DNA of 64,000 nt. It comes from an uncultured Elusimicrobia bacterium. GTDB taxonomy: Bacteria > Elusimicrobiota > Elusimicrobia > UBA1565 > UBA9628. The DNA lies in assembly GCA_965283875.1 (NCBI GenBank), contig CBDIQC010000001.1, forward strand, positions 2,070,110 to 2,134,109. The letters are read 5' to 3'. A program made the position numbers and the translations under genes. Under the pieces are notes generated by a model. It made no database searches. It was not told the origin of the DNA and was given only the letters and a program-made list of their open reading frames with translations. Within the stretch, counting starts at the first letter, position 1. Every line of letters starts with the position of its first letter. Shown here piece after piece: positions 50,234 through 58,991 of this stretch.

Positions 50234-52384
50234 ATGAAGCGATCATCGTTGAAGCTCCACATCACCGGCATGGACTGCGCCGAGGAAGTCTCCGTCTTGC
50301 GTCGCGAGATCGGACCGCTAGTGGGGGGCGAAGACAAGCTGTCCTTCGACCTGTTGAGCGGAACGATGACGGTGGCGGCGACGTTCGGCGACAAAGAGGC
50401 TCTCATCGCGAAGGTCGCGAAGACGGGCATGCGCGCGCATCCCGCCGATGAAGAGCCCGGCTCGGAGGAGCACGGGACCAACCGCGGGCGCGGCGCCCTG
50501 ACGCTCGTCAGCGGCTTGGCGACCGCCTCCGCCTTTGCCGCGCATGCCTGGCTGGCCGGAGACATAGGGGCGGCCGTCGGCACCGAGGGCCTGGGGCAGG
50601 TCCACGCGTTGCCCGCGATCACGAAGGTCCTTTACAGCGTCGCCGTCGCCGCCGGCGTCTGGACGGTACTTCCCAAGGCCTGGTTCGCCCTCAAGAGCCG
50701 CCGGCCGGACATGAACCTACTGATGACCATCGCCGTCGCCGGCGCCGTGGGGATCGGCGAGTGGTTCGAGGCGGCCACGGTGTCGTTCCTGTTCTCCCTA
50801 TCGCTTCTCCTGGAGTCGTGGAGCATCGCGCGAGCGCGCCGCGCCGTCGCCGCGCTCATGAGCTTGACCCCCGAAACGGCGCGGGTGCGGCTTCCCGACG
50901 GAAGCTGGAAGGAGGTCCCTTCGAAAGAGGCGGTTCCGGGAACGACGTTCTTGGTCAAGCCCGGCGAGCGGATTGCCCTGGACGGGACGGTCGTCCAGGG
51001 AGCGAGCGGGGTCAATCAAGCTCCCATCACCGGGGAGAGCATGCCGGTCTCGAAGGAGCCCGGCGCGACCGTCTTCGCCGGCACCATCAACGGCAACGGC
51101 TCTCTCGAGGTCCGCTCGACCAAGGCGGCGGGGGACACGACCCTCGCCCACATCATCAAAATGGTGGGCGCGGCTCAGGGGCAGCGCGCGCCTTCCGAGC
51201 AGTGGGTGGAGAAGTTCGCTCGCGTCTATACGCCCGTGGTCTTCGTCGCTGCGTTGTTGATGCTCCTGCCGCCGATGCTCTCCGACGCCTCCTGGGAGGC
51301 CTGGATCTACCGCTCGCTGACTTTGCTCGTGATCGGCTGCCCCTGCGCGCTGGTGATTTCGACGCCGGTCAGCGTCGTGGCCGGGCTTGCCGCGGCAGCG
51401 AAGAACGGCGTGCTTGTGAAGGGCGGTATGTATCTCGAACTGCCGGCCAGGCTGCGCGCGATAGCGGTCGATAAGACGGGGACGTTGACGGAGGGCCGTC
51501 CCGCCGTCGTCGAAGTAGTCGCGCTCAATGGCCACACTGAGACGGAGCTGCTTTCGATCGCCGCCGCCCTCGAATCCCATAGCGAACACCCGCTCGCAAA
51601 GGCCGTCTTGGACTATGCGCGCGCCAAGAGCGTCTCGCCGGGCACGGTCTCCTCGTTCAAGATCATTCCCGGCAAAGGCGCCTCGGGGATCGTCGGAGGC
51701 AAGCCCTATTGGATCGGCTCGCATCGTTATCTTGAGGAAAAGCGGGAGGAAACGCAGGATGTCCACGCGAAGCTGGAAGGCCTCGCTCGGGCGGGACGCT
51801 CGGTCATAGTCATAGGGGACGACGCGCACATCTGCGGTATGCTCGCCGTGGCGGACAAACTGCGTGCCGACGCGGCCGACTCCGTCGCAAGGATCAAGCA
51901 GGCGGGCGTCGAGCGCATCGTCATGCTGACCGGAGACAACCGCGCGACGGCTGACGCCGTGGCCGCGCAGACCGGCGTGGATGATGTCCGCGCCGAGCTG
52001 CTGCCGGAGGACAAGGTCAAGGCCGTCGAGGAACTGGTCGCGCGCTATCAGACCGTCGCGATGCTCGGCGACGGGGTCAACGACGCCCCCGCGATGGCCC
52101 GGGCGTCTCTTGGAATCGCCATGGGAGCGGCGGGAAGCGACGCGGCCATAGAGACCGCGGACGTGGCGCTCATGTCCGACGATCTGGGGAAGATCGCCTG
52201 GCTCATCGAGCATTCCCGAAGAGTCCTCCGCGTGATCCGGCAAAACGTGTCGGCTTCGCTCATCGTCAAGGCGATTTTCGTCGTACTGACCCTGCTCGGA
52301 CGCGCGAGCCTATGGAGCGCCATCGCGGCGGATATGGGCGTGTCGCTATTGGTCATCTTCAACGCCCTGCGCCTGCTACGATGA
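50234..52384 (+). CDS. P1B-type heavy-metal (Zn/Cd/Pb-type) translocating ATPase
   Basis: N-terminal HMA-like domain (ITGMDCAEEV), CPC in TM6 (GCPCALVISTP), DKTGTLT, HP (SEHPLA), GDGVNDAP. Confidence 0.9.
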   Translation: MKRSSLKLHITGMDCAEEVSVLRREIGPLVGGEDKLSFDLLSGTMTVAATFGDKEALIAKVAKTGMRAHPADEEPGSEEHGTNRGRGALTLVSGLATASAFAAHAWLAGDIGAAVGTEGLGQVHALPAITKVLYSVAVAAGVWTVLPKAWFALKSRRPDMNLLMTIAVAGAVGIGEWFEAATVSFLFSLSLLLESWSIARARRAVAALMSLTPETARVRLPDGSWKEVPSKEAVPGTTFLVKPGERIALDGTVVQGASGVNQAPITGESMPVSKEPGATVFAGTINGNGSLEVRSTKAAGDTTLAHIIKMVGAAQGQRAPSEQWVEKFARVYTPVVFVAALLMLLPPMLSDASWEAWIYRSLTLLVIGCPCALVISTPVSVVAGLAAAAKNGVLVKGGMYLELPARLRAIAVDKTGTLTEGRPAVVEVVALNGHTETELLSIAAALESHSEHPLAKAVLDYARAKSVSPGTVSSFKIIPGKGASGIVGGKPYWIGSHRYLEEKREETQDVHAKLEGLARAGRSVIVIGDDAHICGMLAVADKLRADAADSVARIKQAGVERIVMLTGDNRATADAVAAQTGVDDVRAELLPEDKVKAVEELVARYQTVAMLGDGVNDAPAMARASLGIAMGAAGSDAAIETADVALMSDDLGKIAWLIEHSRRVLRVIRQNVSASLIVKAIFVVLTLLGRASLWSAIAADMGVSLLVIFNALRLLR

Positions 52385-52415
52385 GCGGTGGATGCCGGAA
52401 TCTTCCAACCTCATG

Positions 52416-53575
52416 CTAGGAACGTGGGCCCAGGGCGCCGCGAGTCTTGGCCAACAAGGCCTTGGCCAGGAAGGGCAGCGGTCTGACGAGCCGCACGGCG
52501 GCCTCGGCGGCGTCGGGACGCATCAGCACGGCTTGGAGCGCGCGCCCCGCGCGGAGCCGCACGGAGAAGCGTCCGCGCCATAGTTCGTCCCAGCGCCCCG
52601 GCAGCTCCTCGCCGTCGACGCGCTCCATGAGATCAGCGAGCAGCACGGCCGACTCCAGGGCCATCGCCTGCCCGTCGCCGCATAGGGGCGCGATCATGCC
52701 GGCGGCGTCTCCGATAAAGAGAATGGAGCCCGAGCTCGGCGCCTTCGCCGTGAACGCGAGCTGCGCCGCGGCGAGCGGCTCGCCGTCCGGCCGCAAGGCC
52801 TCGATCCGTCCGCGCAGGCTGGGACTGAGGCGGGCCAGGAAGGCGGACCCCTCGCGGCGGACGGCCGCTCCGGCGGACGAGAATACGCGCTCCTCGGCCA
52901 AGAGGCATACGTTCACGGCGCCTCCGTCGACCACGCTCACGCCGCAGTAGCCTCCGCTGAAGAGATGGATCTCGACCACGCCGCGAAGCTCCGCGGCGAC
53001 CGCGTCTGCTCCGGGCAGGAAAAAGTGGCTGCGTTTGTAGCCCGCGAAAGGCGAGCGCGGGCGCGGGGCGCCGAGCCCGCTGCTGCGTCCGTAGGCCGCG
53101 ACGACTCGATTGGCGAGCAGGACGCTCTTCGCGCGCGTGCCGTCGGGCATGGTCCGCGCGATCTCAAGCCGCACGCCGCCGTCGGCTTGATCCATGCGCG
53201 TGACGGCCGCGCCCTCGAAGCCCCTCGCTCCGCTGCGCTGCGCGTGACGGAACAGCGCCTCGTCGAGCGCGAGCCGGCTGATGCCCAGCGCCGGCGCGCC
53301 GAGGGCGATCTCGATCCTCCGCCCGGAGGGGGAGAAGAAGCGGGCGCCCGTGATCGCCGCGGGGCGCAGCGCGCTCACCGCGTCGAGGCACCCGATCCGC
53401 TCGGATGCGACTGCGCCTCCATGGATAAAAACTCGCCGCAGAGTTTTCGGCGCGGGAAGCGGTCGCGCTCGAGAAGCACCGGCCGCCGGCCCGCTCGCGC
53501 GAGCAGCGCGGCCAGCGCGCTCCCGGCCGGGCCGCCGCCGACGATCGCCACGGAGCAGCGATCGGGAAGGCTCAA
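52416..53575 (-). pseudogene. FAD-dependent oxidoreductase (geranylgeranyl-reductase/aromatic hydroxylase type), frame broken near 53378-53400
   Basis: The N-terminal piece (ORF 53375..53650) has [21 protein letters not shown]...LLER and KLCGEF. The C-terminal piece (ORF 52416..53378) has FIGDAAGMIAPLCGDGQ. TTG 53575 overlaps the upstream stop. Confidence 0.7.
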
Positions 53576-54270
53576 CGCGGCACCGTCATCTGCCAGCGGA
53601 AGGCCCAGCGCCAGCGGATGTCCGGCTTGGGCGTCCCGGCCCGGCGGCACAGGTTCTCGAGCTCGGCCCTCCGGAAGCCGCGCAGCACGGACAGCGGCGC
53701 GTCATGTCGGATGAGGCGGTCGCGCGAGAGCGCGGCCGTGAGCGCCTTGATTCCATGATACGCCAGCGGGTGGCGATGGAGATCGTTGACGGCGACGCCG
53801 AGCCGGGCCCGCGCGTGCATCGTCTTGAGCGCGCGCGCCGCCAGGTCTCCGGGGCAATGGTGGAGCATGAGGCCCGCGTGGACGACGTCGTACTCGTCGC
53901 CCGAGTCGGGCGCGAAGAGGTCGTCCTGCGCGAAGGTTAGCCCGGGCCGGTGCCGCTCCGAGGCCAGGCGCACCGTCGCCGCGGACAGGTCGATGCCGTG
54001 CACTTCGGCCGCGATGCCCCGCCTCCCGGCCCAGTCCAGCATAACGGAGGCCGCCTCCCCGTCGCCGCAGCCCGCGTCGAGGATCCTCAGGCGCTTGGTC
54101 CCGGGCGGGGTCAGGAGGTCCAGGGCGCCGAGCGTGGCGGCGTGCCCGCCGAGGCGGCGGTTGATGAACGCGAGCTCCCGGAAGGTCGAGCGCAGCTCCT
54201 CCACGGACGCGCCGTCGGCGTCCATCAGCTCCAGCTCGTCGCTGCGCCGGCGGAAATCAACGGGCGTCAT
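53572..54270 (-). CDS. Class I SAM-dependent methyltransferase
   Basis: ATG 54270 overlaps the PKS stop (ATGA). ILDAGCGDG (motif I), [16 protein letters not shown]. Confidence 0.8.
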   Translation of the reverse strand: MTPVDFRRRSDELELMDADGASVEELRSTFRELAFINRRLGGHAATLGALDLLTPPGTKRLRILDAGCGDGEAASVMLDWAGRRGIAAEVHGIDLSAATVRLASERHRPGLTFAQDDLFAPDSGDEYDVVHAGLMLHHCPGDLAARALKTMHARARLGVAVNDLHRHPLAYHGIKALTAALSRDRLIRHDAPLSVLRGFRRAELENLCRRAGTPKPDIRWRWAFRWQMTVPR

Positions 54271-55394
54271 CGCGGCGGCAGGAAGAGCGCGCCTTCCATC
54301 GTCAGCCCGGGACCGAAGCCGAGCGCGGCGAGCGGCCCCGCGCCGCCGCGCGCGAGCTCGCGCTCGAGCACGAAGAAGATGGTCGCGCTCGACATGTTGC
54401 CGCAGTCGGCCAGCACCCCGCGCGAGGAGCGCGTCGCATCGTCGTCGAGGCCGAGCGCGTCGGCGAGCGCCGCGACGATGCGGCGCCCTCCTGGATGCGG
54501 CGCCCAACGCGAGACCTCGCCGCGCGAGAGCCCCGCGTGCGCCAGAAGCTCGGCGGCGAAGGCGGGCGCGTGCGCCCGGATCGTCTCGGGCACGCGGCGG
54601 TCGAGGCTCATCTCGAAGCCCGTGTCGCCGATGCGCCACGACATCTGACCTTGGCTGCCCGGCGCCGCGCGCCCGTGCATGACGGCCAGGTCGGCCAAGC
54701 CTCCGCGGCGTGCGCCGGGAGCCGCGAAGACGGCGGCGGCTGCCCCGTCGGCGAACAGGCTGTTCGCGACGAGGAACTCCGCCAGGAGGCGCTTCTGGAA
54801 ATGAAGAGAGCACAGCTCGACGGACACGACGAGCACGACGGCCTCCGGGTCGGCCGCGACGAAGGCTCGCGCCAGCCTCATGGCGCTGAAGCCGGCGTAG
54901 CATCCCATGAAGCCGACTTGCGCGCGCTGGACGTCGTCGCGTAGCCCAAGGCGGGCGATCAGCAGGAGGTCCGGGCCCGGAGCGAAGAAGCCCGTGCAGG
55001 TCGTGAGTATGAGGTGAGTGACCTCGCCCGGCGCGAAGCCGGAGTTCGCGAGGGCCGAGCGGGCCGCGGACTCGGCGAGAGGAGGGCTCTCGCGCTCGTA
55101 CGCCTCCATGCGCCGCGCGGTGCTCGGGAACGGCTCCAGGGCGCGGTCTTTCGGGTAGAACTCGAAGCGGGCGGGATCGTTCGTCGCGTAATCCGTCAGG
55201 ACGCTGTGTCGCCGCTCGATGCCGGACGAGGAGTAGAGCCGCTCGATGAACGGCTCCGCGCGCGCCCCTTCCTCGCCGAAGGACGCGCGCGCCGTCGCGG
55301 TCATGAAGCGCATGACCGCCTGCTGGGAGGACGAGGTCGCGGGCAGAGCCGTGCCCAGGCCATAGAGGCGCGCGCGGGAAGTCGGGGGAGACAT
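54267..55394 (-). CDS. Type III polyketide synthase (chalcone/stilbene synthase superfamily)
   Basis: Internal ATG 55394. Active-site contexts GCYAG (Cys), HPGG (His), GNMSSAT (Asn). About 375 aa. Confidence 0.85.
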   Translation of the reverse strand: MSPPTSRARLYGLGTALPATSSSQQAVMRFMTATARASFGEEGARAEPFIERLYSSSGIERRHSVLTDYATNDPARFEFYPKDRALEPFPSTARRMEAYERESPPLAESAARSALANSGFAPGEVTHLILTTCTGFFAPGPDLLLIARLGLRDDVQRAQVGFMGCYAGFSAMRLARAFVAADPEAVVLVVSVELCSLHFQKRLLAEFLVANSLFADGAAAAVFAAPGARRGGLADLAVMHGRAAPGSQGQMSWRIGDTGFEMSLDRRVPETIRAHAPAFAAELLAHAGLSRGEVSRWAPHPGGRRIVAALADALGLDDDATRSSRGVLADCGNMSSATIFFVLERELARGGAGPLAALGFGPGLTMEGALFLPPR

Positions 55395-55529
55395 GCTATA
55401 GGATACGACTTGTCGCCGGCCAGGTGCAGAAGAATGCCCCTGTAGAACCATGGCGTTCTCCGAGACGAAGGGAGAGCCCTGCGACTTCCTGATTCCGCCT
55501 ACGAGACGGAAGCCGTCGTTGCCGACTCC

Positions 55530-55580
55530 TCGACAATGGTCGCCGGACCAGTTACAATGTATGCATGTTTGCGCATACAT
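55530..55580 (+). promoter_or_regulatory. Promoter TCGACA-17-TACAAT with an overlapping inverted repeat ATGTATGC-N8-GCATACAT (candidate ArsR-family operator)
   Basis: TCGACA 55530-55535, TACAAT 55553-55558. Perfect 8-bp arms at 55557-55564 and 55573-55580, just upstream of the ArsR-family gene. Confidence 0.5.
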
Positions 55581-55596
55581 GCTATCGAGGCGCTCG

Positions 55597-55977
55597 ATGA
55601 AGCTCTTCGCCGAGGCGTTCCAGTCCCTTGCCGATGAGACGCGTCTGAGGATCTTGCGGCTACTGACCGATGGCGGCAAGGCGCTGTGCGTGTGCGAACT
55701 GGTCGACGCCCTCGAAGTGCCGCAGCACAACGTGTCGAGGCACCTCGCCGTCCTAAGACGTTCCGGGCTTCTGACGGAAAAGAAGGAGGGCCGCTGGGTC
55801 TACTACGACGTCGTTCGAAACCCGGACGCCTTCCTTCGCCACCTCCTCACCGCGGCGCGAGCCGTCGCCGACGCCGCCCTGGAAAAGGACAAGCGCGAGC
55901 TCGCCAAGCGCTTCAAGATCCGCGAGGGCGGCAAATGCCTCAAGGGCATCCAGAAGGCCGGGCTCTCCTCCCGCTGA
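55597..55977 (+). CDS. ArsR/SmtB-family metalloregulator
   Basis: LADETRLRILRLL, metal-site-like ALCVCELVDAL, wing HNVSRHLAVLRRSGLL...GRWVYY. GAGG lies 6 nt upstream of ATG 55597 (ATG 55579 is also possible). Confidence 0.85.
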   Translation: MKLFAEAFQSLADETRLRILRLLTDGGKALCVCELVDALEVPQHNVSRHLAVLRRSGLLTEKKEGRWVYYDVVRNPDAFLRHLLTAARAVADAALEKDKRELAKRFKIREGGKCLKGIQKAGLSSR

Positions 55978-56904
55978 ATGCGGCCCGCGCTGTTTGCCCT
56001 GCTCGCTCTGCCCTCCCTGGCCGCCGGAGCCGGCCTTCAGCTCTCCGGAGGCTTGGACGGCCGGCTGCGGGTGCGCAGCGGCGACACAAAAGCCGTCCTG
56101 GAAGGAGCGTTCTTCAATGCCAGGAAGGTGTTCAAGGATGAGCAAGGGGACCGCGTGATTGCGGTGGCTCAGTTGGACGCGGACGACAACTTCGAGCGGA
56201 TCAGGCCCTACCAGACCTACCTCCAATACAAAGGCGCTCTCGGCCGCTGGAATCTGCGCGCCGGGCATTACATTCTTCCCTTCGGCCTGCTGGCCTACTA
56301 TGACACCGAGCGCCTGCTGCTTCAGACGATCGAATACACGAACCTCGGCATCAAGCTCGATACAGGCGTGCAAGCGCTGGGCTACTGGCGTTCTTGGGAT
56401 TATGCGGTTTCGGTCAGCGAGGGCGTCGGCAACCGGCGATTTACCGATGTCGACGGCGACAAGATCGTCAGCGGCCGGATCGGGTGGTCGAGCGACGACA
56501 CGCGAATCGGCCTGTCCGCGATCGCGGGAGACGTCCTGCTGGCGGAGCAAGTCACGCGCGCCTTCACGATCCGGCGTACGCGAAGGGCGGCGCTCGACGC
56601 CTCGATTCCCTGGGAGCGCTGGACGGCACGGGCCGAGCTGTCGGGAGGCGCCGATGACGGGCGCGACGTGGGCGGCGGGTTCCTCGGGCTGGACGCGGCC
56701 CTGCATCCGGACGTCGAGGCGAACATGAAGTATTCCCATTGGGAGCGTGGCGCGCAGGCCGCCGACAGCGCCGGCGCCGGACTCTCTTATCGCGTCCGGC
56801 CCGGACTCTTCCTGAGGATCGCCGACGAGCAGGAGTTCCAAGGACAACGGTCAAATACTCTATCGGCTCAGGTCTACTATGAATTCTCAAAAACGCTGTT
56901 TTAG
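55978..56904 (+). CDS. Outer-membrane beta-barrel (porin-like) protein, hypothetical
   Basis: Signal peptide, alternating amphipathic strands, C-terminal ...VYYEFSKTLF. It starts immediately after the ArsR stop. Confidence 0.55.
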   Translation: MRPALFALLALPSLAAGAGLQLSGGLDGRLRVRSGDTKAVLEGAFFNARKVFKDEQGDRVIAVAQLDADDNFERIRPYQTYLQYKGALGRWNLRAGHYILPFGLLAYYDTERLLLQTIEYTNLGIKLDTGVQALGYWRSWDYAVSVSEGVGNRRFTDVDGDKIVSGRIGWSSDDTRIGLSAIAGDVLLAEQVTRAFTIRRTRRAALDASIPWERWTARAELSGGADDGRDVGGGFLGLDAALHPDVEANMKYSHWERGAQAADSAGAGLSYRVRPGLFLRIADEQEFQGQRSNTLSAQVYYEFSKTLF

Positions 56905-57433
56905 CGCGCTGGCTGTCGTCGCGCTGCTCGCGTCCTCGGCGGCGGCGGACGTCTGCGTTTGGCGAGACCCCGACCGCGCCATGTCGCGCCTGTTTCCCGC
57001 CGCTCGGGACTACAAGACCGTCGACATCAAGATCGGCGCTGACGCCCTGGCTCGGATCGAGAAGCGCCTGGGGAGGCCGCTCGACCCCGGCGAGAGAGTC
57101 GACTGGATCTACTATGCGATCACCGGGAAGAAAGGCGAGTTGCTTGGGCATGTCTTGACGGACGCCGAGCGCGGGGAATACGGCGCGATCGAGCTGGTCA
57201 TGGGCGTCGATCCGGCCGGCAAGACGACGTCGCTCTACGTGCAGCGCGCGCGCGAGCGCGACAAGGTCTTCAAGTCCAAAGGCTTCCTGGCGCGGTTCGT
57301 CGGCAAGACGGCGGCTGATCTGGCGAGTCTGGGCGAGGACATCGAGGGCGCACGTTCGACCGCGACCGAGCAGGTCGCGTTCGGCGTCCGCAAGATGCTG
57401 ATCATGTATGACGAATTGAGAGGAGATAGATGA
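56879..57433 (+). CDS. Exported FMN_bind-like domain protein (candidate)
   Basis: Signal peptide. GEYGAIELVMGVDPAGKTTSLYV...FLARFVGKT...IEGARSTATEQVAFGVRKML parallels the RnfG/NosR FMN-binding domain layout, but the SGAT(S/T) flavinylation motif is imperfect. Confidence 0.45.
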   Translation: MNSQKRCFSALAVVALLASSAAADVCVWRDPDRAMSRLFPAARDYKTVDIKIGADALARIEKRLGRPLDPGERVDWIYYAITGKKGELLGHVLTDAERGEYGAIELVMGVDPAGKTTSLYVQRARERDKVFKSKGFLARFVGKTAADLASLGEDIEGARSTATEQVAFGVRKMLIMYDELRGDR

Positions 57434-57834
57434 TGAGAAGCCTTCCATTGATGGCGGCGGCGGCGCTCAGCGTGGCCCTTCTCTGGGGCTGCGGCGAAAA
57501 GCAGGCTGAAAGTCGGGCTAAGGAGACGCCCGAGACGGCGGCATCGGGGGCCAAGGCGCCGGCTTCGGCTAAGCCCGTGAAGATCGCGGAATTGCTCCGC
57601 GATCCCAAGGCTTACGCGGGCAAGGACGTGACGGTGAACGGCACCTTCAGCGGGGTCTGCTGCGAGACCGACTGGTTCTTGAAGGACGGCATGGACACGA
57701 TCGAGGTGTACTCGACCAAGATTTGCCCCATGCCGTCCAAGTCCAAGGTCCGCTCGAAGGTGACGGTGGTCGGAACGGTCATGGTCCGGGGCGATCATCC
57801 GGCGCTCACGTCCAAGGAGCTGCGCTTCGAATGA
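57430..57834 (+). CDS. Small lipoprotein, hypothetical
   Basis: ATGA overlap. Lipobox LWGC. CC pair (GVCCETDW) and a further Cys (KICPMP). Confidence 0.5.
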   Translation: MMRSLPLMAAAALSVALLWGCGEKQAESRAKETPETAASGAKAPASAKPVKIAELLRDPKAYAGKDVTVNGTFSGVCCETDWFLKDGMDTIEVYSTKICPMPSKSKVRSKVTVVGTVMVRGDHPALTSKELRFE

Positions 57835-58991
57835 CCATCACCGGGCTGGCCGTTCGGAACCTGGGGCGGCATCGGGTCAGGACGCTGCTGACCGCCCTTG
57901 GCGTGGCGCTCGCCTCCGGGACGCTCTTCTCGATCCTTTCTTTCGATGCGGGATACAAGAAGTCGCTCCAGGAGGAGGTGGCGGGCACCGGCATCCACCT
58001 CTTCGTCTCGACCGAGGGCTGTCCGCTGGAGGCCGCCTCGCTGATCATCCACGGCGGGGAAATCCCCAAGTTCCTGCGCATGGAGAGACTTCAGCAGATC
58101 AAGAACACCGAGGGCGTCAAAGAAGCCGCCGGGTTCCTGATATTCTCGCTCCCGACGCCGGACGGCTCGAAGGTGGACCTCTTCTACGGCATCACCGACG
58201 ACGTGCCCAAGCTCAAACCGAACTGGAAAGTGAGGGGGGGCTGGTTTAAGGACGAGGACTCCATCATCCTCGGCTCGGAGGTCGCCCGCATCGAAAAGCG
58301 CGATGTCGGCGACAAAGTCTTCATCGAGACCCTCGACAAGGAGTTCAAGGTAGCCGGCGTCCTTGAGCGCACGTTCGGCCAGGACGACGGTTTTTATTAC
58401 CTGCCGATGAAGGTCGCGCAGAGGCACTTCAAGAAGGAAGGGAAGCTCACCGCGGTGGGCGTGCGGCTCTTCGACCTGTCCCAGCTCACGGCGGTCAAGA
58501 GCAAGCTCGAATCGCTGCCCGAGGTCTACGTCGTTCCCGCTGAAGACATGAGCAACCGCATCTTGGAGCTTGTGGGCGGCACGAAAGCCCTCATGTACGC
58601 CGTGCTCGTCATCGCGCTGATCGTCAGCACGCTCGGCCTGCTCAACACGATCCTGATGGCCGCCTTCGAGCGGCAGCGGGAGTTCGGCTACCTGCGCTGC
58701 GTCGGCGCCGACCGGCTGGATCTGGTCCGCCTCATCGTCACGGAGACGCTCGTTCTCTGCGCGGCGGGCGCCGCCGCCGGCGTCCTGATCGGCTTCGTCC
58801 TCTCGAGCGGCGTCGAAAGCTGGATTCGAGGCTTTCTTCCCTACGTCCCAGCCGGCAAGCTGCTGAGGCCCGATGCCGCGATCACGGCCGCCACTATGGC
58901 CGTCGTCGTGGCCCTGGGCGCCTTGGCCGGAGCCTATCCGGCGATCCGGGCATCCAAGGCGTCCCCCATGGAGGCGATGCGCAATGACTGA
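57831..58991 (+). CDS. FtsX/MacB-type ABC transporter permease
   Basis: ATGA overlap. N-terminal LAVRNLGRHRVRTLLTALGVALA, large periplasmic loop, C-terminal FtsX 3-TM module with RQREFGYLRCVGA. Confidence 0.8.
   Translation: MTITGLAVRNLGRHRVRTLLTALGVALASGTLFSILSFDAGYKKSLQEEVAGTGIHLFVSTEGCPLEAASLIIHGGEIPKFLRMERLQQIKNTEGVKEAAGFLIFSLPTPDGSKVDLFYGITDDVPKLKPNWKVRGGWFKDEDSIILGSEVARIEKRDVGDKVFIETLDKEFKVAGVLERTFGQDDGFYYLPMKVAQRHFKKEGKLTAVGVRLFDLSQLTAVKSKLESLPEVYVVPAEDMSNRILELVGGTKALMYAVLVIALIVSTLGLLNTILMAAFERQREFGYLRCVGADRLDLVRLIVTETLVLCAAGAAAGVLIGFVLSSGVESWIRGFLPYVPAGKLLRPDAAITAATMAVVVALGALAGAYPAIRASKASPMEAMRND

Noticed and set aside
55395-55730. The 112-codon N-terminal extension of the type III PKS ORF, and the alternative ATG at 55451
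   Set aside because: The extension is Ser/Cys/Arg-rich and runs through the divergent arsR promoter region. MSPPTSRARLYGLGTALP from ATG 55394 matches the usual type III PKS N-terminus.
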